Sequence record: KF669658.1
Strand: one strand, 5' to 3'
Length of the DNA: 64,000 bases
Source of the DNA: Acinetobacter phage Presley
The translations under genes were made by a program, and so were the position numbers. The notes beneath the pieces were generated by a model. The model was not told the origin of the DNA and searched no databases. It worked only from the letters and a program-made list of their open reading frames with translations. Positions 8,467 through 17,271 of the stretch are shown in pieces (within the stretch, counting starts at the first letter, position 1; every line of letters begins with the position of its first letter).

Positions 8467-9716
8467 TGTTCAAGTCATATCTACCTATAGAATACTTATG
8501 CATCGATATCGCTAATGCCTTTGGCTTAGACAAAGAGTTATTTGAAGACCGTATCCAATGGGTTAAAGATCATGTTAATGAACTTGAAGAACTATTGGAT
8601 GAAGTCTCAGAAGATAAGTGTGCATATATCAAAGCTGTGTTAGCACTCCGTGCTGTACAGCGAGGTGAAGATACAGGTCATCTCATTTCACTTGATGCAA
8701 CCAATTCAGGAATTCAGATTATGTCTGCTATTACTGGATGCAGAAAGGGAGCAGAGATTACTAACCTATTACCTATTAACAAACGTTATGACGGTTATGG
8801 TGAGATCACTAATGAAATGAACGCAATCTTTAAATCACGTGGTGCTGATGAAATCAAGATCCCACGTAAAGATGCTAAAGATGCAGTAATGACATCTGGT
8901 TATGGATCACGTGCAACACCAAAAGAAATCTTTGGTGAAGGTGAAACATTAGAAGTATTTTATGAAGCTTGCTTCAATAAAGCAGAAGGTGCATTCACTC
9001 TAATGGATATCCTGATTAATGCATGGCAACCATTTGCATTAGCACATTCATGGGTATTACCTGATGGCTTCGTTACTAATATTAAAGTAATGGAGAAGAA
9101 GGAAGTACGTATCGAAGTGGATGAGCTCAACCATGCAACATTCACAACATACATTAAAGAGAATGAAGGATCTAAACGTGGTGTTAGCTTAGTGGCTAAT
9201 ACTATCCACTCAATAGATGCTTACTTACTCCGTAATATCATACGCCGTTGTAACTACAACCCTAAAATGATCAAGAACAAATTGAGTATCTTAAAACGTA
9301 CTCAAGAACTTCGTGATCGTAATGAACTAACCAAAGAAGAAGCTACTGGTAGATTGGCAGAGCACTTAGAAGTAACTGATGCTATGCACCTAATAGATAC
9401 TTCTATTCTACCTTTGGTTACAGCCAAAACAGCTAATCAGTTAGATGATTGGCACATTGCAACACTTATCCGTATCTTAACTAAAATGCTTGAATTCAGA
9501 CCATGCCAAGTATTAACAGTTCATGATGCATTCCGTTGTCACCCTAACCACGGCGATACGGTACGTTACTGGTATAAGGAAATTATGGCTGAGCTTGCTG
9601 AGTCAGAAATTCTTAACTGTATCTTATGGCAAATTACAGGGACTAATCCAAACTATGCTAAGTTAGATCCTAATCTTGCTAATGATATACGCCAAGCAAA
9701 CTACCCTATCTGTTAA
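8466..9716 (+). CDS. phage RNA polymerase II, catalytic (large) subunit of a split T7-like RNAP
   Basis: 416 aa; 'LTVHDAFRCHP' matches single-subunit RNAP motif C (HD[AS]F); TAATG coupling to the upstream gene. Confidence 0.65.
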   Translation: MFKSYLPIEYLCIDIANAFGLDKELFEDRIQWVKDHVNELEELLDEVSEDKCAYIKAVLALRAVQRGEDTGHLISLDATNSGIQIMSAITGCRKGAEITNLLPINKRYDGYGEITNEMNAIFKSRGADEIKIPRKDAKDAVMTSGYGSRATPKEIFGEGETLEVFYEACFNKAEGAFTLMDILINAWQPFALAHSWVLPDGFVTNIKVMEKKEVRIEVDELNHATFTTYIKENEGSKRGVSLVANTIHSIDAYLLRNIIRRCNYNPKMIKNKLSILKRTQELRDRNELTKEEATGRLAEHLEVTDAMHLIDTSILPLVTAKTANQLDDWHIATLIRILTKMLEFRPCQVLTVHDAFRCHPNHGDTVRYWYKEIMAELAESEILNCILWQITGTNPNYAKLDPNLANDIRQANYPIC

Positions 9717-9734
9717 TCTAATCACAAACAAATA

Positions 9735-9761
9735 AGCTACCTTCGGGTAGCTTTATTTTTT
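9735..9761 (+). terminator. intrinsic terminator (agctacc-ttcg-ggtagct + T-run)
   Basis: 7-bp stem, UUCG-type tetraloop, 'ttattttttg' following. Confidence 0.65.
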
Positions 9762-9771
9762 GAGGTATCAC

Positions 9772-10167
9772 ATGTCAGAACAAGTAACCAATGTATGTGG
9801 ATACATACTATTACCCGAAGGTAAATATAAATTTAACCAAGTAGCTAAATTACTAGAAGAACTTGGATTCCCTACCCATTTATGTGATGAAGTTAAAGGA
9901 TTAGTAAATCATAACTTCTGGAAACAGATTACTTATATTAGTTATAGCGTTGCTAACGATAGGGTGCATATTCAAACCTTACCCATTCAACAAGAATGGA
10001 AAGAAAAGATCCCTTTTACATCCCGTGGCAATCTATATATCTATGCAGATAACTACGAACAAATTATAGCAAGAGGTAATCTCATAGGTATTAAACCACC
10101 TCCATACAAAGACCCTAAGAAATACTCAAGAGACTTTGAAACAAGAGCTAAGCAATTAGGTAGATAA
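9772..10167 (+). CDS. paralog-family protein 1 (131 aa), C-terminus 'IIARGNLIGIKP'
   Basis: The track ORF starts at TTG 9760; the ATG at 9772 has SD 'tgaggtatcac'. Confidence 0.55.
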   Translation: MSEQVTNVCGYILLPEGKYKFNQVAKLLEELGFPTHLCDEVKGLVNHNFWKQITYISYSVANDRVHIQTLPIQQEWKEKIPFTSRGNLYIYADNYEQIIARGNLIGIKPPPYKDPKKYSRDFETRAKQLGR

Positions 10168-10168
10168 G

Positions 10169-10193
10169 GCACTCCGTGCCTTTTAATGGTTTA
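10169..10193 (+). promoter_or_regulatory. TCC-triloop hairpin (GGCAC-TCC-GTGCC) + TTTAATGGTTT element; terminator and/or phage-RNAP promoter
   Basis: Perfect 5-bp GC stem with a 3-nt loop followed by 'ttttaatggttt'. A near-identical cassette sits at 37269..37312. Confidence 0.45.
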
Positions 10194-10210
10194 GGACTTA
10201 GGAGTAAACC

Positions 10211-10576
10211 GTGTCAAAAGTACAAATTGTATTACTTAAATTCTTTAGGAATATTGATACAGATATCTATGCATTTGCTAGCAGTCTAGGTATTCACTTA
10301 ACAGATTGCAGAGGACAAATAAGAGGATCTAAAACAAGATACCAACTGTTTTTTATCATCATAGATGGATCAATTAAAGCTTATCTAACCCCATTAGATA
10401 AAGACCCTAAAGACTACTTAAATGAAGGTAGACAGTATACGTTTACTGAACCAGTAGTATTACCAGGTTCAAGACGTTCACTAGATAACTTCCCCGCTAA
10501 ATTAACTTTACTCGGAATACAGGTGAATTGGTCACATGGCAAAAACAATATTACAAGGGCTTCTTATAGTTCGTGA
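10211..10576 (+). CDS. paralog-family protein 2 (121 aa), GTG start, 'PAKLTLLGIQ'
   Basis: SD 'ttggagtaaacc' 6 nt before GTG. Confidence 0.5.
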   Translation: MSKVQIVLLKFFRNIDTDIYAFASSLGIHLTDCRGQIRGSKTRYQLFFIIIDGSIKAYLTPLDKDPKDYLNEGRQYTFTEPVVLPGSRRSLDNFPAKLTLLGIQVNWSHGKNNITRASYSS

Positions 10577-10934
10577 TAAAAATCTCTTTGAGATTTGGAA
10601 AATGATCACTGATTTAGATTTACCACATCAACTTCAAAAAACCGCATTAATGCATTTTGGACGTGTAAATCTTAATCCTAATGATCCAACAAAAATCACA
10701 TGCGCTTTTAGATTTAATGAAGAAATGGGAACAGCTTTACGTATTCCAATAGAACACGTAGATGTTGACCGCTACATTGAAAATATCCCTGATTGTAGTG
10801 AAACCACGCACCGTAATGGTACTAAGGTAATAACTATTAAGATCACTCATTGGGATCAAATCAGAGCACGTGAAAAACTCTTAGGCTTAAAGAAGGATGA
10901 CGACAATGATATTAGTTGGAGTATTCCTACTTGA
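10536..10934 (+). CDS. paralog-family protein 3 (132 aa), 'IRAREKLLGLK'
   Basis: SD 'aggtga'; overlaps the upstream gene by 41 nt. Confidence 0.5.
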   Translation: MAKTILQGLLIVRDKNLFEIWKMITDLDLPHQLQKTALMHFGRVNLNPNDPTKITCAFRFNEEMGTALRIPIEHVDVDRYIENIPDCSETTHRNGTKVITIKITHWDQIRAREKLLGLKKDDDNDISWSIPT

Positions 10935-11280
10935 TTCAATAAGACAAGATAAGTACCCCATATCTACATTATTGGATCGTGGGTTCCCATACAACATCGT
11001 TACAGACATTATGCGTTTAGTAGAAAAGAACGCATTAATGGGGTATATAACCATTGAATCAAATAATAGCCGTGTTTTATATCATGATAAATATCCTCAT
11101 ATATTTAGTAATGATAAATGGATGTTATTTGATTTTAATCATTGGAATGAGTTTACAGCACGTCTTAATTTAGCAGGTATAAAAATACATGACACCTTAA
11201 AAAGAGTTTATATCAATAGTGACAGTATCGAAATAAAGGATGCTCAAGGTAACACAAAAGTTAAGATAGGAGTTACCTAA
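10897..11280 (+). CDS. paralog-family protein 4 (127 aa), 'FTARLNLAGIK'
   Basis: SD 'aagaagg'. Confidence 0.5.
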   Translation: MTTMILVGVFLLDSIRQDKYPISTLLDRGFPYNIVTDIMRLVEKNALMGYITIESNNSRVLYHDKYPHIFSNDKWMLFDFNHWNEFTARLNLAGIKIHDTLKRVYINSDSIEIKDAQGNTKVKIGVT

Positions 11281-11621
11281 TGAAATCTACTCCTGTCTTT
11301 ATACGTGGTGTCAAACTAATTAAAGGCGTGCCTGCATGTGATATCCACAACGTACTAACAGCTATGCATTTACCTAGTGCTTACTTTAATGAAGCCATGG
11401 AAAATGTATTAAGGCTCTATAAACATCCTGATGATTTAGTCTATGGGACTCTTTATATATTTGCACTTAATGACAAGATTACTTTCACTAAGTTAAATGA
11501 AAGAGGACAGTATGGTACAGACGATGTAGTTAAGATGCCTGAATATACTACGTATTTTGTAGTTATTGAAACTTATCCTGAATTAATCGCTAAAGGCAGA
11601 TTACTAGGAGCAAAGATATGA
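11280..11621 (+). CDS. paralog-family protein 5 (113 aa), 'LIAKGRLLGAKI'
   Basis: TAATG coupling; SD 'aggagttacc'. Confidence 0.55.
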   Translation: MKSTPVFIRGVKLIKGVPACDIHNVLTAMHLPSAYFNEAMENVLRLYKHPDDLVYGTLYIFALNDKITFTKLNERGQYGTDDVVKMPEYTTYFVVIETYPELIAKGRLLGAKI

Positions 11622-11974
11622 AAGATAAACCTCTTAAAATTATTGGTTTATTCCATATTAACTGTCTTAACTTTAATCAAATAGAAGACTGGATACATGA
11701 AAAGAATATCCCTGATTTACTTAAAAGCAGAGTTATATTTGTCTTTAATGAAGGAAAAGATAATCTTAATCCATATTCCAGACAGTGTATCTTTAGTGGC
11801 ACTCTAATGATTAATCCACAAACCAGAGAAGCTAAGTTTGTATCATACTGGCCTCAAGGACGTTATGTAGAGGATAGCGAATCTGAATCTAGCTTATCTA
11901 AAGTAATTAGTGTGGTTGTAGATGATTACTTAGGCTTAACAGCCCGTGCCAATTTACTTGGTATACCTCTATAG
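11618..11974 (+). CDS. paralog-family protein 6 (118 aa), 'LTARANLLGIPL'
   Basis: ATGA coupling; SD 'ggagcaaag'. Confidence 0.55.
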   Translation: MKDKPLKIIGLFHINCLNFNQIEDWIHEKNIPDLLKSRVIFVFNEGKDNLNPYSRQCIFSGTLMINPQTREAKFVSYWPQGRYVEDSESESSLSKVISVVVDDYLGLTARANLLGIPL

Positions 11975-11985
11975 GATTTTTAACT

Positions 11986-12276
11986 ATGGAGAATAAAGTA
12001 ATCATAGGTGTATTTCGTATAGATAACATCGATAGAAACCATACCGAAGCATCACTATTTAGTTTTGGATTTCCATTTGAATTAATACCAAGGATCATTC
12101 GAGCACTGCATAGAGAAGATCAGTTTATCCAATATCTTACCTTTTCAGGTAAGAGAGGACATGTAGGTGTCTCATATGATTATCCAGAAGTATTAAACAA
12201 GGAAAAGTACGCAGTAGTTAGTTTTAATACTTGGGCTGAATTCCAAGCTAAAGCTAATCTTCTTGGTTCTGTATAA
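11986..12276 (+). CDS. paralog-family protein 7 (96 aa), 'FQAKANLLGSV'
   Basis: ORF; weak SD. Confidence 0.5.
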   Translation: MENKVIIGVFRIDNIDRNHTEASLFSFGFPFELIPRIIRALHREDQFIQYLTFSGKRGHVGVSYDYPEVLNKEKYAVVSFNTWAEFQAKANLLGSV

Positions 12277-12286
12277 GGATCATATT

Positions 12287-12679
12287 ATGAAACCCGATAT
12301 ATTAGTGATTGCTGTATTTATCCTACCATCCATACCACTTAAAAACATAAGTGAATACCTATTAAATTTAGGTATACCATCTATTGCAGTTAGAAACATT
12401 ATATCTGAGATAGAAATATGGAATCTTTTAGAAGGGATAGACTCTGAAATTGCAGGTGCGGTATATGTTAGTACACGTAATTTAAATGTAGAGTTCAAAA
12501 CCAAATCTAATTTCATTCCCGGAATTATCCCCCACAGTGGTAATGGTAAAAAACCAGAAGGATGGTTATTCAAAAAGCTATTTGTAGAAGTCAATCAATT
12601 TGATGAAGCAATAGCACAAGCCAACTTAATAGCTTCCCCTACCTACAAAAATGCAGTAAATAAACGTGGACGTGGATAG
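12287..12679 (+). CDS. paralog-family protein 8 (130 aa), 'AIAQANLIASP'
   Basis: The track ORF starts at TTG 12263; the ATG at 12287 has SD 'taaggatcatatt'. Confidence 0.5.
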   Translation: MKPDILVIAVFILPSIPLKNISEYLLNLGIPSIAVRNIISEIEIWNLLEGIDSEIAGAVYVSTRNLNVEFKTKSNFIPGIIPHSGNGKKPEGWLFKKLFVEVNQFDEAIAQANLIASPTYKNAVNKRGRG

Positions 12680-12714
12680 GGGAACTCCGTTCCCTTAGTC
12701 CCTTGGAGTAATCC
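12680..12714 (+). promoter_or_regulatory. TCC-triloop hairpin (GGGAAC-TCC-GTTCCC) followed by an orphan 'cttggagtaatcc' RBS-like box
   Basis: 6-bp GC stem, 3-nt loop, no T-run. The downstream box resembles the RBS at 10199..10210 but no start codon follows it. Confidence 0.4.
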
Positions 12715-12776
12715 ACAATATTAATATCTGCTTATCTTGCCCTTGCTAGAAGGCAGGACAGCAACGAGAGGTAGAT

Positions 12777-12923
12777 ATGTTCAAGCATTACATACTTGTC
12801 TTACTTATTCTTGTGTTGTTACTGATTGGTTTAATTGTCTATCTAGGAATAGATATAACCAATAACAACACAAATCCCGTATACAACCTATTCAGTGAGT
12901 ATTCTAATCACGGTCTAAAATAG
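12777..12923 (+). CDS. small single-pass membrane protein (48 aa; below the ORF-track cutoff)
   Basis: SD 'gagaggtagat' before ATG; translation MFKHYILVLLILVLLLIGLIVYLGID... is strongly hydrophobic. Confidence 0.35.
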   Translation: MFKHYILVLLILVLLLIGLIVYLGIDITNNNTNPVYNLFSEYSNHGLK

Positions 12924-12949
12924 CCGAGGTACTTATCGAGATTTAAATC

Positions 12950-13135
12950 ATGGCAACTAAACACACACCGCTTAAAGCAGAACCGAATCCTGTCTATAAG
13001 ACTGCAGACAGTCTTGAAGACGCATGGTTAGAAATTAAAGCTAACCTACCTCTTACTGATGTAAACCAAACCTTCGCATTATTAATGCAATTTCAAAACA
13101 CTTTATTGAAGGAACTTCAATCTCATGGCAACTAA
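12950..13135 (+). CDS. hypothetical protein (61 aa)
   Basis: ORF; its end overlaps the ATPase gene start. Confidence 0.4.
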   Translation: MATKHTPLKAEPNPVYKTADSLEDAWLEIKANLPLTDVNQTFALLMQFQNTLLKELQSHGN

Positions 13136-14285
13136 AAACGAAATTCTTGTAACTGCAATTGAACGTGCTCTATTTGCAGGATTAGTACCACACTTGTCTG
13201 GTCAACCGGGTATTGGTAAATCTGCAATCATTCATGCTTTAGCAGATCGTTTAGATCTAAAGTTGATTGACATTCGTTTATCAACAATGGACCCAACAGA
13301 TTTAGGTGGTCTACCTAACTTTGTACAAAGTACAAACCCATTAACAGGTGAAACAGTTACACGTGTAGCTCACTTACCTAATACCAAATTCCCGTTACAA
13401 GGCTTTGATGACTTACCTGTGAAATTAGATTCCAAAGGTAAACCACTTATGCAACAGGCATATGATGATAAAGGTAATCCTTTATTTGAAGATGACGGTA
13501 AAACCAAAGTAATGGAGCCTGTTACTTATTCAGGTTGGTTAATTTTCTTTGATGAATTAACTTCTGCACCTACATTGGTTAAAGCGGCTTGTTATCAGAT
13601 CCTTTTGGATCGTGTTGTATGTGGTCATAAACTACATGAATCAGTAGCAATGGTCTGTGCAGGCAACCGTCAAGAAGATGGTGCAATTGCATCACAATTA
13701 GGTACTGCATTAGAAAACCGTTTGATTACTATTCCTGTATCACCGGATAAACAATCATTCATTGATTATGCTGCAGAACAGAATTGGGATATCCGTATCA
13801 CTTCATATGTGAACTGGAAACCAGATGCAATTACTGAATTCAAACCTAACCATGGTGATATCAACTTCTCGTCTTGTCGTACTATGGAATTCGTAAACGA
13901 TATTCTTAAAGAGTCGGAAGGTGAAATTGATGCTGCAGCCAAGTTACTTATTAAAGGTGCACTTGGTAATGGTCGTGGTACAGAGTTCCTTGGCTTCTGT
14001 GATTACTATACAGAAATTCCATCTATTGCTGACATCGTTAAAGATCCAATCAAAACACCAGTACCGGATGGTCTTGGACATCAATATGCATTAGCAGGTG
14101 TACTGGCTACAGAAATGGATAAAAACAACGGTAAAGCAATTATCCAATACGCATCACGTTTAGGTAAAGAATTCCAAGTTGTAATGGCAGGTGACGCTGC
14201 TAAGCGTAATCCGGGCCTTATGGCTATTCCAGAATTCACTACATGGATTAATGACAACATTAACCTACTAAACGCTGAAATCTAA
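13125..14285 (+). CDS. AAA+ ATPase, MoxR/AAA_5-like
   Basis: Walker A 'GQPGIGKSAI'; Walker B 'LIFFDEL'; 386 aa; partner of the VWA protein downstream. Confidence 0.65.
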   Translation: MATKNEILVTAIERALFAGLVPHLSGQPGIGKSAIIHALADRLDLKLIDIRLSTMDPTDLGGLPNFVQSTNPLTGETVTRVAHLPNTKFPLQGFDDLPVKLDSKGKPLMQQAYDDKGNPLFEDDGKTKVMEPVTYSGWLIFFDELTSAPTLVKAACYQILLDRVVCGHKLHESVAMVCAGNRQEDGAIASQLGTALENRLITIPVSPDKQSFIDYAAEQNWDIRITSYVNWKPDAITEFKPNHGDINFSSCRTMEFVNDILKESEGEIDAAAKLLIKGALGNGRGTEFLGFCDYYTEIPSIADIVKDPIKTPVPDGLGHQYALAGVLATEMDKNNGKAIIQYASRLGKEFQVVMAGDAAKRNPGLMAIPEFTTWINDNINLLNAEI

Positions 14286-14289
14286 ACAC

Positions 14290-14314
14290 ATGGGGCTTAG
14301 GCCCCATTCTTATT
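14290..14314 (+). terminator. intrinsic terminator (atggggc-ttag-gccccat + tcttatt)
   Basis: 7-bp GC-rich stem directly after the ATPase stop. Confidence 0.5.
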
Positions 14315-14324
14315 GGTAATAAAT

Positions 14325-14837
14325 ATGAGCAACACTATTCCACACCGATTTAACCACTTTACTGATGAAGCACGAAACCAGCTTCCTCAAGTAATGAACG
14401 AAGCATACATTACAGTACCTCGTTTTATGGTTTCATCCTTAGAACGGTACTTTGATCGTCATATTGATGGAGTCCCTGCTTGTTTAGAAAATTCAAACAT
14501 TGCATGGGATGACTTTGCGTTAAAGTATTCACCTGTAGATGAACAGTATCCTGATTTCGTTGTAAAGCTTTATGCAGCAGGTATCCCGTTTTATTACCAA
14601 TATGAATTTTGTGAAGACATCTCTCAAACAATTTATTTCATACCGGGTAAGAATAACTCGAACCTAACCTTTGTTAGACCAAACCTGTTCTATGTAAAGA
14701 AAGCACAATGGAACAGACTAATCATGGGCAAGATAAACAATAAGATCTTAGATAATTATTGTAATCATTTAACTGCCCGACTTAACTTAATAGGTGATTG
14801 GACTCAATTACCTGGTGACTGGAACAAAGACCTATGA
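14325..14837 (+). CDS. paralog-family protein, dispersed copy (170 aa), 'LTARLNLIGDW'
   Basis: The track ORF starts at TTG 14313; ATG at 14325; also has 'GVPAC', shared with 11280..11621. Confidence 0.5.
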   Translation: MSNTIPHRFNHFTDEARNQLPQVMNEAYITVPRFMVSSLERYFDRHIDGVPACLENSNIAWDDFALKYSPVDEQYPDFVVKLYAAGIPFYYQYEFCEDISQTIYFIPGKNNSNLTFVRPNLFYVKKAQWNRLIMGKINNKILDNYCNHLTARLNLIGDWTQLPGDWNKDL

Positions 14838-16039
14838 CAGATCCAATCGAAGAAAAGAAACAGGGTATACACGATGTAGACCCTGATATTAAAGATCGTG
14901 CTAATCAGAAGATCTTGATGTCCAAGACAGCATTATTAAATCGTTCTGATTTCACATTCTTCTCATCAATACTATTAAAGCTAAAGATCATCTTGGATAT
15001 GCGTATTCCTACCGCATGTACAGATGGTCGTACTATTCGCTTTAATCCAGTATTCCTTGAAGACTATGACCAGAAGGAAACAACCTTCATCATGATGCAT
15101 GAGCTCATGCACGTAGTCTATAAACATCTAGGTCGTGTCAATGGACGTGACCATAAGATGTGGAACGTAGCATGTGACTATGTAATTAATGGTCAGCTTA
15201 CTAAGCTTGGATTCAAACGTCCTAAGACTGCATTATTCGATACTCGTTTTAATGATCGTACTGCAGATGATGTGTACTTTGAATTATTCCAAGATGCTAT
15301 GGCTAATCCAAGTAAACCACGTCCTGAACCAGATCATAATGATATTGGTGAAGACCTGACTGATCAACAGTTAGAAGATCTCAATGAAGCTATTGATGAT
15401 CTAATTGTTAGCGGTACTGTAGCAGCACAGAACGCAGGTAATGATGCTGCAGGTAATATTCCCGGTGAACTATTACGCCGCTATCAAGAACTCACAAATC
15501 CTACTGTACCGTGGGAGAAATTATTACGTAACTTCTTAGAAGGACGTGCAAAGAATGATTTCTCTATGGCTCGTCCATCACGCCGTCATTTAGCACATGG
15601 CATGTATCTACCAAGTCTCTATAGTGAAAACTTAGAACAAATTGACTTTGCTATTGACGTATCAGGTTCAGTAGATGAAATCATGCTTGAAAAGTTCATT
15701 AGCGAAGTAGCAGGTATCTTCAAGGCATTCACACCTGAATGTATTGGGGTATACCAGTTCGACCATGAACTTAAAAAACATGATGTAGTTTATAGTCTGG
15801 AAGACTTCAAGAAAATTACATATAACGGTGGCGGTGGTACAGATGTATTACCAGTCCTAGATTATTATCGTGAAAACCAAGCTAAAGCATTAGTAATTAT
15901 TACTGATGGTTACTTCTGTCATGATAAATCTTGGGACCCACGTAAACCTGTAATTTGGGTGGTGTATGACAACCCGACCTGGAAACCCCATTTCGGTGAA
16001 GTCGCACACTTTGATATTGACAAATTCATGGGCAGATAA
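14834..16039 (+). CDS. VWA-domain protein with N-terminal HExxH metallopeptidase-like motif
   Basis: 'MMHELMHVVYKH' (HExxH); MIDAS 'DVSGSVDE'; ATGA coupling; 401 aa. Confidence 0.6.
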   Translation: MTDPIEEKKQGIHDVDPDIKDRANQKILMSKTALLNRSDFTFFSSILLKLKIILDMRIPTACTDGRTIRFNPVFLEDYDQKETTFIMMHELMHVVYKHLGRVNGRDHKMWNVACDYVINGQLTKLGFKRPKTALFDTRFNDRTADDVYFELFQDAMANPSKPRPEPDHNDIGEDLTDQQLEDLNEAIDDLIVSGTVAAQNAGNDAAGNIPGELLRRYQELTNPTVPWEKLLRNFLEGRAKNDFSMARPSRRHLAHGMYLPSLYSENLEQIDFAIDVSGSVDEIMLEKFISEVAGIFKAFTPECIGVYQFDHELKKHDVVYSLEDFKKITYNGGGGTDVLPVLDYYRENQAKALVIITDGYFCHDKSWDPRKPVIWVVYDNPTWKPHFGEVAHFDIDKFMGR

Positions 16040-16044
16040 GGTCA

Positions 16045-17271
16045 ATGAGCGTTACGCTTTCCAATGATCAACAAATTGCCTTAGCCAAATTAATCGCATT
16101 ACTTGGCGATCCTAACCAGAAGTACCTATGTATCATGGGTGCTGCTGGTACAGGTAAAACTACATTAATGCGAACCTTCTTAGAGAAGTTCCATCAATAT
16201 CAGAAAAGCATTCAATCATTAAATCCAAAGCATGTACCACATGACTTGGTATTCACTGCAACTACCAACAAGGCAGTAGAAGCCCTAGAAACATCATTAG
16301 GGCAAGAATGCAAAACAATACACTCATTTCTTGGTTTAACCCTTACTTATGAAAATGGTAAGGAAGTCTTAGCAGATCGTAAAAACATGACTTTCACTAA
16401 CAAGTTAATTGTTATTGATGAGTCTAGTTATATCGATGAAATCCTTATGGAATATCTGCTTGCTAAAACCAAGAAATGCAAGATTGTATTTATGGGAGAT
16501 CCTGAGCAATTAACACCAGTAGGTTTAGATTACTCACCTGCATTTGACGATTCACTAGATTCTGTGACTCTATCTCAGATTATGCGTCAAGCAGACGATA
16601 ACCCCATTCAAGACTTCTCAAGAAAACTCAGAGAGTATGTACAAGGTGGTCCATTACCTAATCCAGAAGTAGATGATATTCACATCATCCACATGGATAA
16701 AAATGAATTTAACGCAGCTATGCTACGTGTATTCACAGACACATCTTATACACATTCTCAGGCTAAGTTTCTATGTTGGCGAAATGCAACTGCCATACGT
16801 GTAGGGCAGATGATTAAAGAACATGTAAGTAGTACGCCTAATTTCGCACCGGGCGACTATGCGGTATCTAACCGCTACCTAAAAAATCCAATACGTAATA
16901 TCAAGACAGATCAAATCGTATTTATTCGTAGTGTTAAAGCAGCAACTCAGTTTGGTGTTCCAGGATATGAAATGACATTAGGCAATGGCCTTGATGTATT
17001 CATGCCTGCTAATCACGAAGATATCGATAAAACCAAGCAAAAGCTATTTGAAACGAAGCGTAGCGACTTCTATAAGATAGACCAATCTTGGGTAGATCTA
17101 CGTCCTGTATATGCGTGTACCATTCACAAATCCCAAGGCAGTACCTACGACACTGTGTTTATAGATCTGGATGACTTTCATGGTTGTAAAGACCAAGACC
17201 TGTTAGCCAGATTGTTATATGTAGGTATTAGCCGAGCACGGGAACGAATCATACTCACGGGAGAGTTATGA
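16045..17271 (+). CDS. SF1B DNA helicase (Dda/RecD/Pif1-like)
   Basis: Walker A 'GAAGTGKTT', 'VIDESS', C-terminal 'TIHKSQGSTYD' motif. Confidence 0.7.
   Translation: MSVTLSNDQQIALAKLIALLGDPNQKYLCIMGAAGTGKTTLMRTFLEKFHQYQKSIQSLNPKHVPHDLVFTATTNKAVEALETSLGQECKTIHSFLGLTLTYENGKEVLADRKNMTFTNKLIVIDESSYIDEILMEYLLAKTKKCKIVFMGDPEQLTPVGLDYSPAFDDSLDSVTLSQIMRQADDNPIQDFSRKLREYVQGGPLPNPEVDDIHIIHMDKNEFNAAMLRVFTDTSYTHSQAKFLCWRNATAIRVGQMIKEHVSSTPNFAPGDYAVSNRYLKNPIRNIKTDQIVFIRSVKAATQFGVPGYEMTLGNGLDVFMPANHEDIDKTKQKLFETKRSDFYKIDQSWVDLRPVYACTIHKSQGSTYDTVFIDLDDFHGCKDQDLLARLLYVGISRARERIILTGEL

Noticed and set aside
12950-13140. Two consecutive genes both beginning ATGGCAACTAAA (MATK...)
   Set aside because: The 12-nt identity may reflect a shared favourable initiation context or a tiny duplication, but it is too short to interpret.
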